DNA of 64,000 bases, from NCBI RefSeq assembly GCF_009914755.1, contig NC_060929.1. One strand, given 5' to 3'. The DNA comes from the human T2T-CHM13v2.0 reference genome, Homo sapiens. Below the pieces are notes generated by a model, which saw nothing but the letters and a program-made list of their open reading frames with translations, did not search any database and had not been told where the DNA came from. This document shows positions 26,560 through 40,035 of this stretch, piece after piece; positions within the stretch are counted from its first letter, which is position 1; every line of letters starts with the position of its first letter. The position numbers were made by a program, and so were the translations under genes.

Positions 26560-27855
26560 CAGTTTTAAGTTGTGGAAAAAGTAATACATAACATAAAAGT
26601 TACCATTTTATCTATTTTTTAAAACTATACAGTTTAGCGACATTCACATTTAGAACATTCACATTGTTCTGCTTCCATCACCACCAACCATCTCCAAAAC
26701 ATTTCTTATCTTGCAAAACTGAAACTGTGTACCCATTGTATAAGAACTCCACATCTCTCCCTTCCCCTAACCCCTGGAAACCACTATTTTACTATCTTTA
26801 TGAATTTGACTGCTTGATATACCTCATATAAGTGGAATCATGTGGCTTTTGACATTTTGTGACCAGGTTATTTTACTTGGCGTAATGTCTTCAAGATTCG
26901 CTCACGTTGTAACACGTATCAGAATTTCCTTCCTTTTTAAGGCTAAATAATATTCTATTTTATGTATGTACTACATTTTTTTTTATTCATCATCTGTTGA
27001 TGGACATTTTAGTTGCTTCTACCTTTTGGCTACTGTGAATAATTCTGCTATGAACATGGGTATACAAATATCTGCTCAAGTTCTTGTTTTCAATCCCTTT
27101 AGGTATATACCCAGAAATGGAATTGCTGGATTATATGGTGATTCTATTTTTAGCTTTTGAGGAACTGCTATGCTGTTTTTCACAGTGCCTTCACTATTTT
27201 ACGTTCCCACCAAAAGTGCACAAGTGTTCCAGTTTCTCTACATCCTTGCTAACATTTATTTCTGTTTCTTTTTTTGATAATAGCCATTTGAATGGATGTG
27301 AAATGTTATTTCATTGTGGTTTTTAATTTGTATTTCTTTAATGATTAGTGATGTTGAGCACTTTTTCATGTGCTTATTGGCCATTTGCATGTCTTCTTTA
27401 GAAAAACGTCTATTCAACTCCTGTGCCCATTTTTAATTTGTTGTTTTTCTTGTTGTTGAGTTGTAGGAGTGAGTTCTTTGTATTATCTGAATATTAACCC
27501 CTTCTCATATATATATATATAAAACCCCTTATCATATATATATATAATATTATGTACATATATATATATTTATTTTATTTTTGAGACAGGATCTTGCCCT
27601 GTTTTCCAAGCTTGGAGTCCAGTTGTGTGATCACAGCTCCCTGCAAACTTCAACTCCTGACCTCAAGTAATCTTCCCACTCTGGCCTCCCAAAGTGCCAA
27701 GATTACAGGCATGACACATCATCCTAGCCTCAGATATATATTTTTTTCCTTTCCATGGGTTACCTTCTCACTCTATTGATAGTGTCCTTCGTACATAACA
27801 GTTTTAGATTTTGATGTAATCCAATTTATCTATTTCCCTTTGCTGGCTTTGCAGC
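26560..27855 (-). mobile_element. L1MA/MB-type 3' region, containing an old Alu fragment (~27565-27730)
   Basis: ACCTCATATAAGTGGAATCAT...GATGGACATTTTAGTTGCTTC...; the Alu piece reads GAGACAGGATCTTGC...CCTCCCAAAGTGCC. Confidence 0.8.
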
Positions 27856-27856
27856 C

Positions 27857-27859
27857 TTT

Positions 27860-27890
<31 letters not shown>

Positions 27891-28217
27891 TACTTCAAGT
27901 TTTAGGGTACATATGCACAATGTGCAGGTTAGTTACATATGTATACATGTGCCATGTTGGTGTGCTGCACCCATTAACTTGTCATTTAGCATTAGGTATA
28001 TCTCCTAATGCTATCCCTCCCCCATCCCCCCACCCCACAACAGTTCCCAGAGTGTGATGTTCCCCTTCCTGTGTCCATGTGTTCTCATTGTTCAATTCCC
28101 ATCTATGAGTGAGAACATGTGGTGTTTGGTTTTTTGTCCTTGCGATAGTTTACTGAGAATGATAATTTCCAATTTCATCCATGTCCCTACAAAAGACATG
28201 AACTCATCATGTTTTAT
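27857..28217 (-). mobile_element. Short 5'-truncated L1PA3/4 3' end with (TTA)n tail
   Basis: High similarity to the young L1 3'UTRs elsewhere in this window. Confidence 0.9.
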
Positions 28218-28649
28218 GAATGTTGACTGTCTTCATAGTGTTTTTATCCTGATGGAAAAATTTTGGTTACTTCGCTGTTTTCTTAAGCTTTATGTTACAG
28301 ACCTTTAATTAACCTCGCTGTCTGAGATGCTTTTCATTCCTGTAGATTTTGATGTCCAGCCTGAATTGTAGCTCCTTATGGAGTGCCAGCAAGCAGGCAA
28401 TGGGGCCAAGGGACCTTACAGGCCAAGTTGACTTCTATTTATGTTCTCTTCAAAATTGGAGTTCTATTCTAAAAGGCAACACTTTATTTGGTTGGCTTGA
28501 TAGCCTCAGGATTCCACCATCTTTTACATCTATTTATTCACCATTCCCTGGTGCTTATAATTTCAATTTGTGCAGTTTGTTTAATCCCTATTTGTGTCAT
28601 CTGAAAAATTAATGATCATACCTGATACTCTCATCTAGGTCAGGTTTGG

Positions 28650-30203
28650 TTTTTTTTTGAATATTTTATTATTTAAACTTTTTCCACATCTTTCTCCCCT
28701 ACTTAATGATTTCTTACCACGTTGTTTCATAAATAACCTTTTCAAATCTGTAATTTGAACTAACTCTTAGATAACTTCTGAATTAGACAGAATTATTCTT
28801 TTTTTTTTTCTCACTTATAACCCTTTCTGGCACACTTTGCGTACAGAATTACGTGTTAACTAAAATTTTTATCCTTAGTAACCTAAAACTTTAGTGGAAC
28901 CCTAAAAAGGAAGAAATCCTGAATAATAGTGGGCATTTATAGGTAAGAACAATTCACAATTTTAGAAACATATTTTCCCCATATTACAACTCTTCTTAAT
29001 TGGAAATGACCCAGATATTAAATGAGCATTAAAAATAACTTTAAGATTTTAATTTATGCAAAAAGTTTACCGAAGACATTTATCCCATTCACTGTACTTA
29101 TTACTTTTAACAAACGAGACATGAGACATCAACTAACGTATGTAAAATAATCATTGGTTTGTTCTGGAAAGGTGGGACAACTTGAGGTGAGGAGTCTTGG
29201 GGGCTTTCAGATCACAGGTTGGAGACAAATGGTTGCATTCTTTTGAGTTTCCAATTAGCCTTTCCAAAGGAAGCAATCAGACATGAATTTATCTCAGTGA
29301 GACTTTGAATAGAATGGGAGGCAGACTTACCCTAAGCAGCTCCTAGCTTGCATTAATACTGATATTTTAAAATATTTAGCAAAGACAAACATAAAATTCA
29401 GACAAAATGTATCCTGAAAATTCTGAAGGCATTTCTATTTTTATTCCATCAATAATTTTAAGGCTAGCTTGTTTAGTAAAGTTTTACTTTAAGTCACATT
29501 AACTTGAAAGTTGCTTAGACTTACTTAATTTATAAGTGTTCTTTTACTTATAAGCCAATTTGGTAGACATAACATATAACAATAAGTGTACATACAAATA
29601 AACACATCTAGACATGTATACACACACAAAGATCCAATAGCTTGACACCTTAGCCATGAGATAGCAATGTAAGCTTGCTGGTTTTACTTTGCCCTAATAG
29701 ATAATCCAAAGAAGGCTGTGAACCAAAATTTTGGGTAAAGCAGTCTCCATGGCCGTTTGATTTTTAAAGGCTAAAACCTCCCCAGACTCCAGGAACACTA
29801 GGGCCAAACTGTACAAAAGGAGGGCATCACACATTAACCAGGCTTCCTGCTTACAACAGGAGCACAAAAGCACATGCAATGCCATCCCACTTTCCCATTA
29901 GACAGGAAACTTCAGATTTTAAACAAATTTGGGGCCAAGCAGTATTGCAACTGCAAGAGAAAATTCTAAGGAGGGTTTAATACTAGGCCTCAGAACCTCT
30001 CCCAAGAGCATCTCCTTTTGAGAGTTTGAGGTCCACAGAACCCACGGAGCATCCTCCTGTGGGGTTCAATCTTAGAGTTCCAGACATCTCTGACCTTAGG
30101 TGGGCGCCACATGCAGGTTTCCCCTCCAAAGCATATTATGAGGTTTATAAGAACAGGAAACAGCCACTGTAAGACTCTTTCTCTGGGCTGGCTCGCCAAA
30201 ATA
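28650..30203 (-). mobile_element. MER4-group (MER51-int-like) ERV1 internal leader with tRNA-Arg primer-binding site
   Basis: PBS TGGCGAGCCAGCCCAGAG (reverse complement of 30181-30198) just inside the LTR end; MER41-like segment at ~29120-29350. Confidence 0.7.
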
Positions 30204-30357
30204 TGTTAACGGTGGAGGGTGTCCAGGTTCTTGGCATCTTGAACAAATAATTGGACAAAATGCACAAACAAAGCAAGGAAGGAATAAAAGGATTTATTGA
30301 AAATGAAAGTACACTCCACAGTGTGGGAGTGGGCCTGAGCATAGGGGCTGTAAGGCC
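30204..30357 (-). mobile_element. MER51-type LTR, only the 3' ~150 bp remain
   Basis: TGTTAACGGTGGAGGGTGTCCAGGTTCTTGGC...GATTTATTGAAAATG; ends abruptly at a T13 run. Confidence 0.7.
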
Positions 30358-31059
30358 AGGTTTTTTTTTTTTTAAATATATATATTTTAAAGCAGCTAAA
30401 CCCACTTTTTCAAACAGAAGCTTAAGCGAAAACTCAGTACAGCTGATAAGAGCAGCAGCTGCTCTGTTTGGGGCAAGGGATAAAGAAGTTCAGACTCCCG
30501 CTTTCCCTCCTCCAGTTCCTAAAGCTTTTCTTCTGAACTTCGATAGAGGCTTTGTGGAGTCTACTCAGAAGAGAAAGACCCACTGATAAGGTAGGAAATG
30601 GAACACAGTCATTCACTCCTTCTTTCCCAGCCCTACTTACATCAAAGCAATTCTGCTTTCATATGTTAAACGGGTTTAGAAGTCCATGTAACGTTCAACT
30701 TAAACAACAGGATTCTCCGTGTGAAATAGCTGTTCAAAGACCTCCAATCTAGTTCACAGGCCAAAACGTCAATCCATATAGAGCTGAGGACTTGTAACCA
30801 TGATACAGCTCTATGACACCCCAGTGTGGATACTAACCCAGGTGAATAGCTCACACAGGGAAGATTCAAAACTCAGAGGAGGGTCACCTGGCAAAGAGAC
30901 CAGTTACTAAGACACACAACTCTTAGTTTTGATTATAGAAATTGTAAACTGGAAGGGAACTCAGAGATCACCTAGCCCAGAAGCTGCAAATGATGTGTTG
31001 GTATACATAGCATTTAAAAAATTAGTCAACAGCATTAAAAAAATCAGAAATTAGACATA

Positions 31060-31410
31060 GCGCTTTTTGAAACCTACAGGGTTGGTCCAGTGGGAGGGGG
31101 CGGGACAGAACTGCCACAGCTTGCAGAAATCATACAGTTTATATAGCAATGTCACTTATCATCCTTCCCTCAACTACCTCCACCTGACAATCTTTGTTAA
31201 TCCAAAACAGAGGGCCTTGATTGCCTGTATGGCCTGTGTTCCATGGGATGGGCAAGGGCCTCAGATGTTTCTTATAGATAAGGAATGAATCTCCAGGTTG
31301 GTGATGCTCAAAAGTCTGAACTCACAATGCCCACCTATACATCTGTCATACTTGGGCATTCTCAGAATAAGCTTAAGTTATCACTGTCAGGTTCTTCTAT
31401 CATCTGCCAT
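31060..31410 (-). mobile_element. LTR47-type ERVL LTR
   Basis: Reverse strand CCTGACAGTGATAACTTAAGC...CCAACCTGGAGATTCATTCCTTATCTAT...GCTATATAAACTG resembles recalled LTR47A. Confidence 0.65.
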
Positions 31411-31681
31411 AAACTTTTTGTGCTTAACATAATACCCTTGAGATTCATCCATGTTATAGCATGTGATCAAATTTCCTTCTTTTTAAAAATGGTGTAATAT
31501 TTGCAGTATGAACATCATCAAAATATACAGTCACCAGACTATCCAAGGTCAATGCTAAAGAAAAAATCTTAAAAGCAGCTAGATAAAAAGGTCAGATCAC
31601 ATACAATAGGAACCCCATCAGACTAACAGCAGATTTCTCAGCAGAAGCCTTGCAAGCCAGGGGAGATTGGAGGCCTACTTT

Positions 31682-33945
<2,264 letters not shown>

Positions 33946-35767
33946 CTACTTTCAACAATATTAAAGAAAAGATTTCAACCAATAATTTTATATCTTGCCA
34001 AACTAAGCTTCATCAGTGAAGGAGAAATAAAATCTTTTCCAGACAAGGACGTGTTAAGGGAATTTGTTACCAGTACACCAGCATTACAAGAGATATTTAA
34101 GGGAGTTCTAAACATAGAATCAAAAGTATAATACCTGTTACTGCAGAAATGTGCTTAAGTAAATAGTCCATAGATCCTATAAAGCAACCACCCAATAGAA
34201 AATATAAAGCAACCACCTAACAAGTTTGCAATAGGATCAAACCTCACATATCAATATAAACCTTGAATGTAAATGGTCTAAATGCTCTACTTAAAAGGCT
34301 CAAAGTGGCAATTTAGATTAAAAACCAGGACCCATCTGTCTGCTATCTTCAAGAGACCCATCTCACTGACAACATTCATAGGCTCAAAGTAAAGCTGGAG
34401 AAAGATCTATCGTTCAAACACAAAACAAAAAAAGAGACGAGGTTGCTATTCTTGTATCAGATAAATCATACTTTAAACCAACAACAGTAAAAAAGACAAA
34501 GAAGGACATTACATAATGATGCAGGGTTTAATTCAACAAGAAAACAACTATCTTAAATATGTACGCAACCAACATTGGAGCACCCAGATTAATAAAACAA
34601 GTACTTGTAGACCTAAAAAAGACTTACACTGCCACTCAATAATAATAGGAGACTTCAACACCCTACTGACAGTATTGAACAGATCATCAAGGCAGAAAAC
34701 TAACAAATAAATTCTAGACTTAAATTTGATGTTTGACCAATTGGACTTAAAAGACCTAGTAGAATACTCCACTCATCAACCACAGAATGTACATTCTTCT
34801 CATCTGTATGTGGTAAATACTCCAAGATTACAACATGCTGGCCAAAAGCAAGTCTCAATAAATTTATAAAAATGAAATAATTCCAACTGTAGTCTCCAAT
34901 CACAATGGAATAAAAATAGAAATAAATACCAAGAAGATCCCTCAAAACCACACAATTGCATGGAAATTAAACAACTTGCTCCTGAATTAATTTTGGGTAA
35001 ACAATGTAATTAAGACAGAAATTAAAAAAAGTCTTTGAGATAAATGAAAATAAAGACCCAACATACTAAAATCTCTTGGATGCTGCAAAGGAAGTGTTAA
35101 GAGAAAAGTTTTTTGCACTAAATGCCTACCTCAAAAACTTAGAAAGATCTCAAATTAAGAATCTAACATCACACCTAATGAAATAGAAAAAAGGAACAAA
35201 CTAACCACAAAGCTAGCAGGAGAAAAACAACTAAAATTAGAGAACTGAATGAAATTGAGACCCCAAAATCCATACAAACCATCAATAAACCAAAAGTTGG
35301 TTTTTGAGAGGATAAACAAGATTGATAGACTGCTAGCTACATTAACAAGGAAAAAAAGAGAAGATCCAAATAGGCATAATCAGAAATGGCAAAGGTGATA
35401 TTACAACTGATCCCACAGAAATAGAAAATTCCTGGAAACACACAACTTCCTAAGACTATACCATGAAGAAACAGAAATCCTGAATAGGTCAACAATGAGT
35501 AATGAAATTAAATCAGTAATAAAAATTCTACCAACCAAATAAAGCCCTGGACAAGATGTATTCATAGACCAATTCTACCAAACATACAAAGAGGAGCTGA
35601 TATGAATCCTACTTACTATTCCCAAAAATCAAGCAGGAATGACTCCTCTCTAACTCATTCTATAAAACCAGTATCATTCTGATATCAAAATCTGGCAAAG
35701 ATACAACAAAAAAAAGAAAAATCTGGCAAAGACCCAACAAAAAAAGCAAATTTCAAGTGGATGTTCC

Positions 35768-36859
35768 TGATGGTTTGGATGTGTGTCCCCACCAAATCTC
35801 ATGTTGAATTGTAGGCACCAATGTTGGGGGTGGGGTCTGGTGGGAGGTGGTTCGATCATGGGGGTGGATTTCTCATGAATAGTTTGGCACCATCCCCTTG
35901 ATGCTGTTCTCATGATAGTGAGTTCTCATGAGATCTGGTTCGATAAAACTGTGCAGCAACTCCCTCCTCAGTCTCTCTTCCTTCTGCTCCAGCCATGTGA
36001 AGGGTCTGCTCCATTTTATCTTGCACCGTGATTGTAAGTTTCTTGAGGCCTTCCTAGAGGGCAAGCAAATGCCAGCATCATGCTTCATGTACAGGCTGCA
36101 TAATTGTGAGCCAATTAAACCTATTTTCTTTATAAATTACCCAGTCTCAGGAAACAATGTGAACACAGACTAATACAGAAAAATTTTATAGCAATTTTTG
36201 TAGCCACTTGAGATCAGACTAATACAGAAAATTGGTACTGAGAAGTGGGGCATTGCTATAGATAAACCTGAAAATGTGAAAGTGACTTTGGAACTGGGTA
36301 TTGGGCAGCGGTGGGAAGAATGTGTGGGGCTCAGAAGAGGACAGATGAGGGAAAGTTTGACACTTCCTAGGGACTAACTGGATGGTCATAATCAAAATGC
36401 TGATAGTGATATGTACAATGAAGTCCAGGCTGATGAGGTCTCAGATAGAAATGAGGAACTTATTGGGAACTAGAATAAGGTTACTTTTGTTATGTCTTAG
36501 CAAAAACTTGGCTGCATTTTGCCCCTGTCCTAGGGATCTGGAACTTTGAAATTGATAGTGGTGATTTAGGGTATCTGGTAGCAGAAATTTGTAAGCAACA
36601 AAGCATTCCAGAAGTGGCCTGGTTGCTTCTAAAATCCTGTTCTTATATGTGTTAGTAAAGAAATGACCTAAAGTTGAACTGATACTTAAAAGGGGCACAG
36701 GATGTAAAAGTGTAAAAAATGTGCAGCCTGGCCTTGTGGTAGAAAAGCCCATTTTCATGGAAGGAATTCAAGCAAGTTTTACTTATGTAAAAGTTTGCGT
36801 AAGTAAAAAGGAGTCAAGTAGTTAAGACAATGGGGAAAAGGCTTCAAAGGCATTTCAGA
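35768..36859 (+). mobile_element. MST (MaLR) 5' LTR plus partial internal sequence; 3' part deleted
   Basis: LTR TGATGGTTTGGATGTGTGTCCCC...GACTAATACA (to 36177), then internal GAAAATTGGTACTGAGAAGTGGGGC...; no second LTR. Confidence 0.85.
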
Positions 36860-37742
36860 TAATATATAAAGAACTTAAGCAATTGAGCAAGCAAAAAAAC
36901 AAATAACCGCATTAAAAAATGGAGAAAAAGATAAGAATGGACACTTCTCAAAAGAAGATGTACATGTGGCCAAGAAATATATAAAATGCTCAACATCACT
37001 AATCATCAGAGAAATGCAAATCAAAGCCACAATGAGATACCATCTCACACCAGTCAGTATGGCTATTGTTAAAAAGTCATAAAATAACAGATGCCAGTGA
37101 GGTTGTAGAGAAAAGGAAATGCTTATATACTGTTGGTGGGAAGGTAAATTAGTTCAACCACTGTGGAAAGCAGTTTGGAGATTTTTCAAAGCACTTAAAA
37201 CAGAATAACCATTGAACCCAGAAATCCCATTACTGGGTATATACCAAAGGAATATAAATTATTCTACCAAAAAGACACATGCACTTGTGTGTTCTTGAAG
37301 CACTACTCACAGTAGCAAAGACACAAAATTAGCTCAGGTGCGTATCAGTGGCAGATTGTTTAAAGAAAAATTGGTACAAATACACCATTGAATACTATGA
37401 AGCCATAAAAAAGAATGCAATCATGTCTTTGCAGCAACATGGATGCAACTGGAGACCATCATCCTAAGTGAATTAACTCAGGAACACAAAACCAAATACT
37501 ACATTTGGTTTTCTCACTTATAAGTGGAGCAAAACATTGGGTACTCATGGACATAAAGATGGCCACAATAGACAACGGGAACTATTAGAGGAGGGAGGGG
37601 ATAAGAGTTGAAAAATGATTTTGTACTATGCTTACTTCCTGGGTGTTGGAATTATTCATACCCCAAATCTCAGCATCACCCAACATACTCATGTAACAAA
37701 CCTGCACATATACCTCCTGAACCTAAAAGTTGAAATTATTAA

Positions 37743-38096
<354 letters not shown>

Positions 38097-39460
38097 CATC
38101 CATTCATCTTTTAATGGACATTTGGATTGCTTCCACCTCTTAGCTATTGTAAAAAATGCTGCTATGAACATAAGTGTGCAGAGATCTCTTTGAGATCCTG
38201 CCTTGAATTCTTTTAGATATATACCCAAAAGTGGGATTGCTGTATCATATGGTAATTATTTTTAATTTTTTAAGGAACCTTTACACTTCTTGCCACAGTG
38301 GCTGCATTGTTTTACAATCCCAGCCAAGTTGCAAAGGTGTTCCATTTCTCCACATCCTCACCAAGACTTTTTTTTTTTCATTATTTTGATAATAGCCATC
38401 TTAACAGGGGGTGAGGGTATTTCACTGTGGTTTTAATGTGCATTTCTCTTGTGATTATTGATCTTTTCATATGCTAGTTGGCCATTTGTATATTTTCTTT
38501 GGAGAATTATCTATTCAAGTTATTTATCAATTTTTAAATCAGGTTATTTGTTTTTTTTTTTTGTTGAGTTGTAGAAGTTCTTTATATATTCTGGTTATTA
38601 ACCCCTTTTCAGAAAACAATTTGTGAATATTTTCTCCTGTTCCCTAACTTTCCTTTTCTATCTGTTGATTATTCTTTTGATGAGAAATTGTTTTAAATTG
38701 TGACATAGTCCTATTTGTCTGTTTTGCTTTTTGGTCTGTGCTTTGATGTCATATCTAAGAAATCATTGCCAAATTCAATATCCTGTAGCATTTCCCCTAT
38801 GATATCTTTTAGGCGTTTTACAGTGTTAAGTCCTGTGTTTAGGTCTTTAATTCATTTTCAGTTAATTTTTATATATGCTGTAAGGTAAGTGTCCAACTTC
38901 ATTCATTTGCATGTGGCTATCCTATTGTTTCAATACCATTTGTTGCAGAGATTATCCTTTTTCCATTGTATATTCTTGGCACCCTTGTCAAAGACGACTT
39001 GATCATATACATGTGGGTTTATTCTGGACTCTCCTCTGTTTCATTGGTCTATATGTCTGTCTTATGGCCATAACATACTGTTTTGCTTACTGTCACTTTG
39101 TAATAAATTTTGAAATCAGGAAGTGTGAGGCCTCCAATCTTGTTTTCTTTTTCAGGATTGTTTTGGTTATTTGGGTTTCCTTGAGATTCCATATGAATTT
39201 TAGAATTCTTTTTCTGTAATACATCCATAAAATATGCTATGGCAATTTTGATAGGAATTGCATTAAATTTGTAGATCACTTTGGGTAATATGGACATTTT
39301 AACAATATTAAGTCTTCCAATCCATGAGCATGAGATGCCTATTTGTGTGTATTTTCTTTAAGCAATATTTTGTAGTTTTTGGTGTCTGTTTTACACCTTC
39401 TTAGTTAAATTTATTCTTATGTATTTTATGCTTTTGGGTGCCATAGTAAATGGGATTTTC

Positions 39461-40035
39461 TTTATATATTTATATATTTTTATTATACTTTAAGTTCTAG
39501 GGTACATGTTCACAACGTGCAAGTTTGTTACATATGTATACCTGTGCCATTTTGGTGTGCTGCACCTATTAACTCGTCATTTACATTAGGTATATCTCCT
39601 AATGCTATCCCTCCCCCCTGCCGCCACCCCACAACAGGCCCCGGTGTGTGATGTTCCCCACCCTGTGTCCAAGTGTTCTCATTGTTCAATTCCCATCTAT
39701 AAGTGAGAACATGTGGTGTTTGGTTTTGTGTCCTTGCGATAGTTTGCTGAGAATGATGGTTTCCAGCTTCATCCATGTCCCTACAAAGGACATGAACTCA
39801 TCATTTTTTATGGCTGCATAGTATTCCGTGGTGTATATGTGCCACATTTTCTTAATCCAGTCTATCATTGTTGGACATTTGGGTTGATTCCAAGTCTTTG
39901 CTATTGTGAATAGTGCTGCAATAAACACACGTGGGCATGTGTCTTTATAGCAGCATGATTTACAATCCTTTGGGTATATACCCAGTAATGGGATGGCTGG
40001 GTCAAATAGTATTTATAGTTCTAGATCCCTGAGGA
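39461..40035 (-). mobile_element. 5'-truncated L1PA4-6-type 3' end
   Basis: Young L1 3'UTR plus ORF2 tail (ORF 39686-39928); no clean TSD. Confidence 0.88.

Noticed and set aside
29120-29350. MER41-like segment as an independent insertion
   Set aside because: No LTR termini or TSD; such segments are, as I recall, part of MER4-group internal consensus sequences.
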